Notes under the pieces: generated by a model
What the model was told of the DNA's origin: nothing
Seen by the model: only the letters and a program-made list of their open reading frames with translations
Database searches by the model: none
Translations under genes and position numbers: made by a program
In this document: positions 1 to 8,327 of the stretch, piece after piece
Layout: each line of letters begins with the position of its first letter
How positions within the stretch are numbered: the stretch's first letter is position 1
IMG/VR virus record: IMGVR_UViG_3300028215_000034
DNA length: 64,000 nucleotides
DNA from: an uncultured virus (IMG/VR IMGVR_UViG_3300028215_000034)
Lineage: Duplodnaviria; Heunggongvirae; Uroviricota; Caudoviricetes; Schitoviridae
Reading direction: 5' to 3' (one strand)

Positions 1-84
1 ACCAAGGAGCTAGGCGAACAGGCCTACACCGAAGTAGACACCATGGGCGCCCAGGCATGTGCGGGTGGCCAATGTGAGATCTGA
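1..84 (+). CDS. C-terminal end of ribonucleotide reductase large subunit (partial)
   Basis: Frame 1 reads TKELGEQAYTEVDTMGAQACAGGQCEI*. The C-terminal CAGGxCEI cysteine pair is typical of RNR large subunits. Class cannot be determined from this fragment. Confidence 0.7.
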   Translation, partial: TKELGEQAYTEVDTMGAQACAGGQCEI

Positions 85-103
85 TCCTTAACCCAAGCTA
101 ATC

Positions 104-153
104 CAGGGTATGACGTGAGTGAAGGCGCAGCCGAAACGTAGCGTCATACCCTG
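104..153. repeat. Inverted repeat / stem-loop
   Basis: CAGGGTATGACG (104-115) pairs with CGTCATACCCTG (142-153), enclosing GAA-GGC-GCA-GCC-GAA. Confidence 0.85.
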
Positions 154-190
154 TTTAACAACATATGACAATCTTTCTTACCTACCTTAT

Positions 191-271
191 TGATCCCTCT
201 GTACCCTCTGCATGACTACGCACTCCTCGCTACGCTCCGGGTGCTTGCCATGCTCCGGGTCCACGGGATCA
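191..271 (-). repeat. Long imperfect hairpin with purine-rich internal loops
   Basis: Outer TGATCCC/GGGATCA stem with nested ACCC/GGGT, GCATG/CATGC and GCAC/GTGC stems. On the minus strand the internal loops are GGA/AGA and the apex is GC-GTA-GC. Confidence 0.75.
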
Positions 272-302
272 CTCCAATTCCATTTTAAGGACATTGGTTC
301 AT

Positions 303-324
303 GGGTTCTCCGAACCCTTTTGTG
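303..324 (+). promoter_or_regulatory. TCC-loop hairpin, N4 vRNAP-promoter-like (copy 1)
   Basis: GGGTTC-TCC-GAACCC-TTTT-GTG. The template strand forms a C-GGA-G triloop hairpin. Confidence 0.55.
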
Positions 325-487
325 ATCTGTTAGGGAGTTGGTCTGTTGAGGGATCTGCGTCAACAGATCCCAGGGAGTTTCACTCAGGGTTCACAGAACC
401 TTGGGGGAACTCCCCCTATAACTACGTCGTTTTATGAAACCACGCTAAGTAGAGGAATTTATTAAAGAAATACCCAGTATTGATGAT

Positions 488-862
488 ATGCCCTCTCTTA
501 AAGCTCGATTGGGTAAATCCCGAACAGACCGAGTGCGTTACACCGGCAACGCCGACCCTACGCACCAAAGATGTGCAACCAATATACCGAACATTGTCAT
601 CTCAGAGATGCAGTTCAAACGTCCTACGGACTATGGTTGCACTATCTCAGATATAATTTACGGTGCTGCCCATATGGATTCAGGTAATAGCTTGCCTCTT
701 AGTGTTAATCGCATTTACAACGTACTCCAATCTATTGAATTGATTAACACACGCGAAGTGATGGTCATGATGGCAATAGACAAACGCCAGGCTCAGCGAT
801 ACGTCCGTGCTATTAAGTTTGTCATGCCTTACCTCACTTCAATAATTAATTCAGATAAATAA
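488..862 (+). CDS. Hypothetical protein, possible HTH DNA-binding protein
   Basis: C-terminal INTREVMVMMAIDKRQAQRYVRAI resembles an HTH. The true start may be the ATG at 608. Confidence 0.5.
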   Translation: MPSLKARLGKSRTDRVRYTGNADPTHQRCATNIPNIVISEMQFKRPTDYGCTISDIIYGAAHMDSGNSLPLSVNRIYNVLQSIELINTREVMVMMAIDKRQAQRYVRAIKFVMPYLTSIINSDK

Positions 863-932
863 ACCCCGCACTATTACTTTTATAATTTAGATCTGTTTTA
901 ATGCTTACCCCCAAATTAAACAAAGGACAAGT

Positions 933-1349
933 ATGACTCAATGTCGTTCTATTGGCTGTATATCGCATGATGTAATCTTCGATGAAGAAGAAGATTTCTG
1001 CCCTGCTTGTAGTAATAAACTGTACATAGAAGCAAAATCCTACGGGTTTATCGCAGACCAACCGGAGTCAGTCCCTACATCTGTAGGAGGTGACAACGAT
1101 TACTGGCTCGTAGACATTCCCAACCCTAAAAGGCTAGAGCCTTACACTGTCGAGTGTGAAGACATTATCGAAGCCCTCAACATGACCTTCCAGGAAGGCG
1201 AAGCTATCAAAGCTGTCTTTCGTAAATGCAAAGCCCGAATGGGTGACGGTAAGCCCGACGACACTCCACTACGTAACGCACAAAAAGTAGCTCACTACGG
1301 TACCCGAATGGTTGCCCTGGAAGAACGTGAGCTGGAATGCGCCTCTTAA
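933..1349 (+). CDS. DUF3310/SaV-like phage protein with N-terminal Zn-ribbon
   Basis: ECEDIIEALNMTFQEGEAIKA...AQKVAHY motif, N-terminal CxxxxC/CxxC, AGGA RBS. Confidence 0.65.
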   Translation: MTQCRSIGCISHDVIFDEEEDFCPACSNKLYIEAKSYGFIADQPESVPTSVGGDNDYWLVDIPNPKRLEPYTVECEDIIEALNMTFQEGEAIKAVFRKCKARMGDGKPDDTPLRNAQKVAHYGTRMVALEERELECAS

Positions 1350-1546
1350 TTTTCAAATACTTCCCCCGTTTTATGGTTGGCATGTGTGCTATGCGAATCA
1401 ATAAATGGGGTGAAGTCAAACTCAGGTTAGTGGTGGGCTCTGTTCATATAACATCCACCACTGATTTTAAACTTGCCGAAGTTGAATTCCTAAACCTATT
1501 TGGCTTCGTACTGTTCCCCCGCATTATTAATATTTACACCCCTTAG
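1337..1546 (+). CDS. Hypothetical protein
   Basis: 69-aa ORF overlapping the previous stop and filling the gap in the operon. Confidence 0.45.
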   Translation: MRLLIFKYFPRFMVGMCAMRINKWGEVKLRLVVGSVHITSTTDFKLAEVEFLNLFGFVLFPRIINIYTP

Positions 1547-1601
1547 ATAGCGAGTACCTACACCGTTATTTAGTTATCTAAAACAAACAGGATTTACTGT
1601 T

Positions 1602-2576
1602 ATGCGTAAGTATCTGAACGCGACTAACGTGCCGCTATCTGTTGCTGTGTTCTTAGCAAATGACACCTATGATCACGAAGAAAATGTGGTCAGTGCCACC
1701 AAGCTCATAAAGTCGGTACGTCAGCTCATACTCGGTGGCCGAGTGCCCCAGGAAAAATCCCTGGTGGATATTAGTGGCTTGTTCAAAAGCCGTATGGGCA
1801 CCGCCCTACACGACTCAATCGAACGGGCCTGGATAAACAACTACGAGAGTGCTATGGAAGCTCTGGGCTACCCCAAGGGCGTCATTAGTAAGGTCCGTAT
1901 CAACCCGGCTCCAGACTCCACAGAAGCAGACACTATCCCGGTGTACCTGGAGAAACGCTCCTACAAGACCGTTAATGGTCAAAAGGTTTCCGGCAAGTTT
2001 GACTTTGTGGCTGAGGGTCGTGTTGAGGATTTCAAATCAACGTCTGTCTATATGTTCACCAAAGGCACCAAGGATGAGGAATTCCAACTCCAAGGCTCAA
2101 TTTATCGTTGGCTTAACCCTGACATTATTACTGATGATGTCATTGCCATCAATTTCCTCCTGGTCGATTTCATGCCGGGTCGTGCCGCCAATGATCCGAG
2201 CTACCCCAAGTCCAGCACACCGCAAAAGTTAATCTCTTTGATGCCGGTGGCTGACACAGAAGCGTACATCGCTAACAAGCTGAGCCAGCTTAAACGGTAT
2301 CAAGACGTACCAGAAGAAGACCTACCAGAGTGTTCCGACAAGGATTTGTGGCGCTCTGACCCGGAATACAAATACTACAAGAACCCTGAAAAACGAGCCC
2401 GTTCCACTAAAAACTTTGATGCCAAACAAGATGCGTATTCCCGCATGGCAGCAGACGGTGGCGTAGGCATTGTTGTCGAAAAACCCGGTCAAGTACTGGC
2501 TTGCAAGTACTGCCCTGCCTTCCCCATCTGTACTCAAAAAGACGAACTGATCGCAGACGGTTCACTCCAACTTTAA
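1602..2576 (+). CDS. PD-(D/E)XK (Cas4-like) exonuclease, N4 gp42 homolog
   Basis: GTALH, SGKFD...EDFKS, QGSIY and C-terminal CKYC...C motifs. Lies directly before primase, as in N4-like phages. Confidence 0.8.
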   Translation: MRKYLNATNVPLSVAVFLANDTYDHEENVVSATKLIKSVRQLILGGRVPQEKSLVDISGLFKSRMGTALHDSIERAWINNYESAMEALGYPKGVISKVRINPAPDSTEADTIPVYLEKRSYKTVNGQKVSGKFDFVAEGRVEDFKSTSVYMFTKGTKDEEFQLQGSIYRWLNPDIITDDVIAINFLLVDFMPGRAANDPSYPKSSTPQKLISLMPVADTEAYIANKLSQLKRYQDVPEEDLPECSDKDLWRSDPEYKYYKNPEKRARSTKNFDAKQDAYSRMAADGGVGIVVEKPGQVLACKYCPAFPICTQKDELIADGSLQL

Positions 2577-2588
2577 GGACACACACTC

Positions 2589-4754
2589 ATGACTGATGAA
2601 TTTAGGATACGTCCCTACGAGGAGATGGAACATCACCCCGTAGCCGATAAGCTGGCACAAATACTGTGCCAAAAAACCCAGAACACCAATCCATTGTTCT
2701 TTCGAGTCTTAGTGGGTTACTACTTTTCTGTCATGGCTTCCATGATGCGCACCACAATCATCACTCATGACCGTGGCGCAATTCCCGTTAACCTGTACGC
2801 CATTAACTTGGCAACGTCAGGTGCTGGTAAAGGCCTGTCTACGAATATGATGGAAGAGCAAGTTGTTGGTCAGTTCCAGCAACGGTTTACCACCGAAACT
2901 TTTCCGCTCCTGGCCGAAAACAACCTGCCTAAAATCGCAATACGTCGAGCCAGTTCGGAAGGTACCGATCCAGATGAAGAACTTGAGCGGACCAAAGCAG
3001 AGTTTAAGGCCCAAGGTGCGTTGCTATTCTCTTTTGATAACGGTACTGAAGCCGCCCTTAAACAGGCCCGATACAAGCTGCAAATGGCAGACGCCGGCGC
3101 TCTGAACCTTCAGATTGATGAGATTGGATCAAACCTCAGCAGCTCTGGTGAGGCCTTGAACGCTTACCTGGAGCTTTACGACGTAGGTAAGATTAAGCAG
3201 AAGATGACTAAAAACACCAAGGAAAACGTTCGAGCTGAGGATCTGCAAGGCAACACACCCACCAATATGATGTTGTTTGGTACGCCCAGCAAACTCTTTG
3301 ACGGCGGCAAAATAGAGGAAGAGTTCTATTCCTGGGTCGATACGGGTCTAGGCCGGCGTTGCCTATTTGGCTACGCTAAAGGTCATGAACGAAACACCAG
3401 TATGACCGTAGACGAGGTTTACGATCTGCTGACCAACACCGACACGGATGCCTACCTGGAAAACATATCGGATCACTTTGAAGCATTGGCCGATATGATC
3501 AACATCAACAAAAAATTGGTAATGAGTGAGCGTGTTGCCAAGCTGTTTATCCAGTACCGGTTAAATTGTGAGCAACGTGCAACGCACTTTCGTGAACACG
3601 ATGAAATGCGTAAAGCCGAAATGGCTCACCGGTATTTCAAAGCCACCAAGCTGGCTGGCGCCTATGCGTTCGTGGATGACTCGCCAGAGATCACCGAAGA
3701 AAACCTTGAGCAGGCTATTAAGCTGGTCGAGGAATCGGGTATCGCTTTCGACAACCTACTTACCCGAGACAAGCCATACGTCAAACTGGCGAAGTACATT
3801 GCTGAGTTGCAAGAAGACATCACTCACGCTGACCTGGTAAGCGATCTACCGTTCTACCCCAAAACCAACAGTGCCCGAACTGACATGCTGAACCTGGCAA
3901 TCAGTCACGGATACAAGAACAACATCATCATCAAGAAAACGTACACCGGTGGTATTGAGTTCTTACGGGGCGAAACTTTGAAGAAAACCGACCTCAATGA
4001 AATGTGCGTCAGCTACAGCCAAGACATTGCCGTAGGGTATACCAACGAGGTAGCGCCGTTTACTAAGCTGCACCAACTCACCCAGGCAGACGGTATGCAC
4101 TGGGTCAATCACCACCTCAAAGGTGGACATCGCCAAGAAGACAACGCCATTGCCGGGTTCAACCTTGTCGTGATTGATGTGGATGGTGGTGTGCCAATGG
4201 CCACTGCACAAAGCCTGTTGAAAGATTACACCTCGCTGATCTACACCACCAAACGTCACACCGCCGATAAAAACCGGTTTCGTATCATCCTGCCGATCAA
4301 TTATGAGTTGAAGCTGGATGCCGATGACTTCAAAGAATTCATGCACAACATTTACGAATGGCTCCCTTTTGAAGTCGATACCGCTACCAGTCAGCGTGCC
4401 CGCAAGTGGATGTCCAATGACGGCACCTACGCGTACAACGACGGGCAGTTGTTGGATGCCCTGGCGTTCATACCGAAGACCAGTAAGAACGAGGAACGCA
4501 AGCGTGTGGTGGACTCTCAGCAGTCCCTAGACAACCTGGAGCGTTGGGTGGTGAATAACACCGGTGACGGTAACCGCAACAACCAGCTCATCCGGTACGC
4601 CTTCATCTTGTTGGATGTCCAGTTTGATTACGATGAGATCCACAAGCGTGTTGCCAACCTGAACAACAAACTCGCGGACAAGCTCACCGAAGCCGAACTA
4701 CTAGGCACCATCATGGTGACCATCTCAAAGGCCCTTGCTAAGCGGGCTGCATAA
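2589..4754 (+). CDS. DNA primase (N4 gp43/dns homolog)
   Basis: N-terminal P-loop SGAGKG, AEP-like VIDVD, YTTKRH and RFRIILP, PriCT-like GNRNNQL. N4 synteny. Confidence 0.85.
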   Translation: MTDEFRIRPYEEMEHHPVADKLAQILCQKTQNTNPLFFRVLVGYYFSVMASMMRTTIITHDRGAIPVNLYAINLATSGAGKGLSTNMMEEQVVGQFQQRFTTETFPLLAENNLPKIAIRRASSEGTDPDEELERTKAEFKAQGALLFSFDNGTEAALKQARYKLQMADAGALNLQIDEIGSNLSSSGEALNAYLELYDVGKIKQKMTKNTKENVRAEDLQGNTPTNMMLFGTPSKLFDGGKIEEEFYSWVDTGLGRRCLFGYAKGHERNTSMTVDEVYDLLTNTDTDAYLENISDHFEALADMININKKLVMSERVAKLFIQYRLNCEQRATHFREHDEMRKAEMAHRYFKATKLAGAYAFVDDSPEITEENLEQAIKLVEESGIAFDNLLTRDKPYVKLAKYIAELQEDITHADLVSDLPFYPKTNSARTDMLNLAISHGYKNNIIIKKTYTGGIEFLRGETLKKTDLNEMCVSYSQDIAVGYTNEVAPFTKLHQLTQADGMHWVNHHLKGGHRQEDNAIAGFNLVVIDVDGGVPMATAQSLLKDYTSLIYTTKRHTADKNRFRIILPINYELKLDADDFKEFMHNIYEWLPFEVDTATSQRARKWMSNDGTYAYNDGQLLDALAFIPKTSKNEERKRVVDSQQSLDNLERWVVNNTGDGNRNNQLIRYAFILLDVQFDYDEIHKRVANLNNKLADKLTEAELLGTIMVTISKALAKRAA

Positions 4755-4768
4755 CCAATTTTACTCAG

Positions 4769-4790
4769 GGGGCCTCCGGCCCCTTTTGTG
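4769..4790 (+). promoter_or_regulatory. TCC-loop hairpin (copy 2)
   Basis: GGGGCC-TCC-GGCCCC-TTTT-GTG in the primase/gp44 gap. Confidence 0.55.
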
Positions 4791-4818
4791 ATCCATAAAG
4801 AAAACACAGGAAACTTTT

Positions 4819-5550
4819 ATGAAACAAGAAGCTGTTAACGATCACCTGGTACTGCTGGTGGGTAAATCGGCTGCCGGTAAATCCGCCTCTCTGATGGCAC
4901 TGGATAAACCAGAAGGTGTCATGTATTTGAACTGTGAATCAGGCAAGCGCCTGCCCTTCCGGTCCAAGTTCAGTGAGTACACCATCACCGATCCGCACCA
5001 GGTTCACGAAGCCTTCGGTGCAGCCGAGGGTATGGACAACATCCACACCATTGTGGTGGACAGCCTGACGTACATGATGGATATGTATGAATCCCTTTAC
5101 GTCCGTAACTCTACCAACGGCATGAAAGCCTGGGGCGACTTTGCGGAGTTCTTTCGAGAACTGATGCAGCAGTACGTCGCCAAGTCCACCAAAAACGTGG
5201 TCTTCATTGCCCACACGCTAGATAGCTACAACGAGGGTGAGATGGTTATGGAAACCAAAGTACCGGTGAAAGGTTCACTGAAGAACAACGGTATCGAATC
5301 GTTCTTCTCCTGCGTCGTTGCCGCCAAAAAAGTGAAGCTCAAGGATGTATCCAAGTACCAATCCAAGCTACTAACCATTACCGACGAAGAAGAGATGTTG
5401 GGTTTCAAATACGTCTTCCAAACCAAACTGACCAAAGAGACCGTCAATGAACGGCTTCGAGGCCCCATGGGTATGTTCGACAACCAAGAAACCTACACCG
5501 ACAACAACATGCAGTTGGTTTTCAACCGACTCAACGAATACTACGCCTAA
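4819..5550 (+). CDS. AAA_24 / Sak4-like ATPase (N4 gp44 homolog)
   Basis: Walker A GKSAAGKS, Walker B IVVDS, FIAH. Lies between primase and SSB. Confidence 0.85.
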   Translation: MKQEAVNDHLVLLVGKSAAGKSASLMALDKPEGVMYLNCESGKRLPFRSKFSEYTITDPHQVHEAFGAAEGMDNIHTIVVDSLTYMMDMYESLYVRNSTNGMKAWGDFAEFFRELMQQYVAKSTKNVVFIAHTLDSYNEGEMVMETKVPVKGSLKNNGIESFFSCVVAAKKVKLKDVSKYQSKLLTITDEEEMLGFKYVFQTKLTKETVNERLRGPMGMFDNQETYTDNNMQLVFNRLNEYYA

Positions 5551-5602
5551 TCCCAGGCGTAGCGTTCTAACAACACTCAATCAAATCTGAAGGAATTACC
5601 TA

Positions 5603-6349
5603 ATGTCACTACTTAACACAGTAAACACAGATCAAGAAACTACCGAAGGCACAGACTTTGCCGGCTCAACTGGCCCACGTGAAAGTGGTCTTTACCCTTA
5701 CGAAGTCATCATGGCTTGGTTTGAGAAGAAAAACAGTGGCGCCTTGTTCATGAACCTCACCTTCAAGTTCGATGACGGTGGTGAGTACAAAGAAGGTCTG
5801 TGCATTGCGTCAGGCGATGCCAAAGGCAACAAGAACTATTACGAGAACGCCAAAGGCGAGAAGCACGGCCTACCTGGCTTCAACCACGCCAACAGCCTGA
5901 CACGCCTGGCTTGTGGTAAAGATGTTCTTGCACTGGATACTGAAGAGAAAACCATTGGTGTCTATAACTTTGACGCCAAAGCCGATGTCATGACCAAGGT
6001 CGAGGTGGCCATGGAATTGCTGGGCACTCGCGGCATTGTAGGTCTGCAAAAGCAAATTGTAGACAAGCAAGCCAAGAACGACAGCGGCGTTTACGCCAAC
6101 ACTGGTGAGACTCGTGAAATCAACGAGATCGACAAGTTCTTTCGTGAGCGCGATCAGATGACCACCGCTGAAATCATGGCCGGTGCTGAAGCGCCAGCGT
6201 TCTACGCTACGTGGGATCAGAAAAATACCGGCAAGACGCGCAACAAGGCGACTGCCACAAACGATGCCAATGGTGCGTCAGGCACTCCAGGCAAAACGGC
6301 ACCAGCAGCGGCCGGTGGAGGCAAAGCTGTCAAGTCCTTGTTTGTCTAA
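5603..6349 (+). CDS. Single-stranded DNA-binding protein (N4 gp45 homolog; late transcription activator in N4)
   Basis: N4-SSB-like motifs (LPGFN, REINEIDKFF), Ala/Gly-rich tail ending KSLFV, synteny. Confidence 0.85.
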   Translation: MSLLNTVNTDQETTEGTDFAGSTGPRESGLYPYEVIMAWFEKKNSGALFMNLTFKFDDGGEYKEGLCIASGDAKGNKNYYENAKGEKHGLPGFNHANSLTRLACGKDVLALDTEEKTIGVYNFDAKADVMTKVEVAMELLGTRGIVGLQKQIVDKQAKNDSGVYANTGETREINEIDKFFRERDQMTTAEIMAGAEAPAFYATWDQKNTGKTRNKATATNDANGASGTPGKTAPAAAGGGKAVKSLFV

Positions 6350-6412
6350 GACAGGTTTAACCAGGGGCCATACCAGCGGTCCCTGACCTTTTCCCCGATA
6401 ACTGGAGTTAAT

Positions 6413-6751
6413 ATGCAACACAACGATGTGGAAATGGAAGCGGAGATTCAGGAAAAGAAACTGGACGCTCCTAGAATCACGCTGGACTATATCAGTCAAC
6501 TGGTATCTGAGCGTGTGACCTACCGGTTTGAACAACCAAAAGGTACAACCTCTACCTTCTGTCATGCTTTTCTGGATGACGCTTTTTATCTGGTTACAGG
6601 CCGTACAGCGTGTGTCTCCCTGGATAACTTCGATGCCGAGCTGGGAATGAAGTTCGCCCAACAAAGTGCGGCCAATCAAGCCCAGGACAAGCTCTTTGAG
6701 TTGGAAGGCTGGCGCTTATACACGCAAAGCTGGCTGGAAGATTTCTCATGA
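6413..6751 (+). CDS. N4 gp49 / Sf6 gp66 family protein (PF13876-like; candidate Acb4-type nucleotide sponge)
   Basis: APRIT...TFC...VTGRTACVSLDNFDAELG...KLFELEGWRL matches the family signature (G-x-S/T-ACV-x-x-x-NFD...LEGY/W). Confidence 0.8.
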   Translation: MQHNDVEMEAEIQEKKLDAPRITLDYISQLVSERVTYRFEQPKGTTSTFCHAFLDDAFYLVTGRTACVSLDNFDAELGMKFAQQSAANQAQDKLFELEGWRLYTQSWLEDFS

Positions 6752-7011
6752 GCAACCGTCTTAAATTTTATCAGTGCATCAAGCAAGTACACGCTGAGCC
6801 AATGACTTTCGCGCACTTCCTGACGCTACGATCAATCTCAAAAGCGGGAAACATGGACCCTCTAGCCAATGGTTATCATGTTATTTATGGTAAGGACACG
6901 GCTGATGAGTACCACTCCTGGTCGCCCAAGGCTGTCTTTGAGGAAGGCTATCTGGAAATTCCAGCCGGTACCGTGATGCCCAAGGCCAGACCGGGAGCCA
7001 AGGTTTCATGA
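6748..7011 (+). CDS. Small phage protein with YxxxKxxxAEPMT...GYxVxY...YxSWSPKxVFExxY motif
   Basis: Motif seen directly. ATGA overlaps with both neighbours. Confidence 0.7.
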   Translation: MSNRLKFYQCIKQVHAEPMTFAHFLTLRSISKAGNMDPLANGYHVIYGKDTADEYHSWSPKAVFEEGYLEIPAGTVMPKARPGAKVS

Positions 7012-7580
7012 GTCTGATCCGGGTGCTGGGCATGGACCCATCCCTGTCTAATTGGGGCTTGGCCGGCGGTCTTTATGACACCGACACAGGCGCACTGCAT
7101 ATCAAAGGTCTGGATCTGGTGACTCCTGTCTTCCCGACGGGCAAGCAGGTACGTCAGAACAGTAAGGATCTGGAGCGTGCTCATCAACTGGCTCAAGGCA
7201 TTAAGCTGGCCGTACAGGACGCTGAGGCGATCTTTGTAGAAGTCCCGGTCGGTAGCCAGTCTGCCAGGGCCATGGCCTCTTACGGCATCTGTGTGGGTGT
7301 ACTGGGTGCATTACGCGCCAACGGTACCCCGTTCTTCGAGGTGACCCCGACTGAGGTCAAGCTGGCCACGGTCGGCAAGAAGACGGCCAGTAAAGCTCAG
7401 ATCATTGATCGAGCCATGACACAACACCCTGGTGACTTCTGGCCTATGCAAACCAAGAAAGGCCAACGCACCGTTATTGCCGGCAAGGCCGAACATATGG
7501 CCGACGCCATCGGTGCCATAGAAGCTGGTATCAACACCCCACAGTTTCAACAAACTGTTTCGTTCATAAAAGCGGCGTAA
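7008..7580 (+). CDS. RuvC-like Holliday junction resolvase (N4 gp46 homolog)
   Basis: VLGMDPSLSNWG, IFVEVP, PTEVK, EHMADA. Confidence 0.85.
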   Translation: MSLIRVLGMDPSLSNWGLAGGLYDTDTGALHIKGLDLVTPVFPTGKQVRQNSKDLERAHQLAQGIKLAVQDAEAIFVEVPVGSQSARAMASYGICVGVLGALRANGTPFFEVTPTEVKLATVGKKTASKAQIIDRAMTQHPGDFWPMQTKKGQRTVIAGKAEHMADAIGAIEAGINTPQFQQTVSFIKAA

Positions 7581-7608
7581 GCCGCACAACCCTTCAAAGG
7601 AACACCTA

Positions 7609-8037
7609 ATGAAAATCAATATCACAATGGATCAGCCTAGCATCGAAGAAGCAATCCGCGACTACGTTGCCAAAAACGGTATCACCAGCCCGGTACAAGA
7701 AGTGAAGTTCACCGTTACCCGTAAAGGCGGCACCAGCATTGACGCAGAAGTTATCCTCGGTTCCGGTGCAGTAAACGAAACTACACCGGAACCTGAAGCT
7801 GCTAATACCCCGGAAGGACCAAACAATCGGGCACCTGTAACCGACAACCCCAAACCCACAGCCAAAGCAAAGCCCATTAAGCCTACGGTTACACAGGAAT
7901 CTGGCCCTGAAGAAGCTGCACCTGATAATGTTAAAATGGAGGATACAACGCCTCCGTTTGAACCGGACGTTCAGGCTGAAGAGACCAATGACGAAGTTGT
8001 GCAGGAAAAGCCGCCCAGTAAAAGCCTCTTCGCATAA
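7609..8037 (+). CDS. Conserved N4-like hypothetical protein (gp47-like) with low-complexity tail
   Basis: MKINITMDQPSIEEAIRDYV start, Pro/Glu-rich tail ending KSLFA. Confidence 0.7.
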   Translation: MKINITMDQPSIEEAIRDYVAKNGITSPVQEVKFTVTRKGGTSIDAEVILGSGAVNETTPEPEAANTPEGPNNRAPVTDNPKPTAKAKPIKPTVTQESGPEEAAPDNVKMEDTTPPFEPDVQAEETNDEVVQEKPPSKSLFA

Positions 8038-8048
8038 GGAGTAAACCC

Positions 8049-8243
8049 ATGGCTTTTATCAAGGCTGTATTCACAGCGTTACTGGCCGGTGTTTTCACCG
8101 TGCTGGTCTTCTTTAGTACCGCCATTATATTTGTCGTTACTACGGTAGGATCACTTACCTTACTGATCGTAGGCATCTTCGTAGGTGCCTGGTATCTGTT
8201 GTGGGAATCGCAGCAGGATAGAGATCAACGTAAGAATAAGTAG
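8049..8243 (+). CDS. Small membrane protein
   Basis: About 50-residue hydrophobic stretch, charged C-terminus, AGGAG RBS. Confidence 0.65.
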   Translation: MAFIKAVFTALLAGVFTVLVFFSTAIIFVVTTVGSLTLLIVGIFVGAWYLLWESQQDRDQRKNK

Positions 8244-8249
8244 TAACTA

Positions 8250-8321
8250 AAAAAGCCCTGGCAACATTACCAGGGCTTTTTAACACTTGATAGAAGAAAG
8301 CCCTGATAATTCAAGGCTTTC
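8250..8321. terminator. Bidirectional intrinsic terminators between convergent middle and late units
   Basis: AAAAAGCCCTGG...CCAGGGCTTTTT followed by AAAGCC...GGCTTT. Confidence 0.8.
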
Positions 8322-8327
8322 TTGTGT

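Noticed and set aside
104..153. Hammerhead ribozyme (TGA...GAAA inside a stem)
   Set aside because: The CUGANGA core and three-way junction are not present.
1602..2576. Cas4-like gene as a sign of a CRISPR system
   Set aside because: It is the core N4 gp42-type nuclease. I saw no repeat-spacer array or other cas genes in the window.
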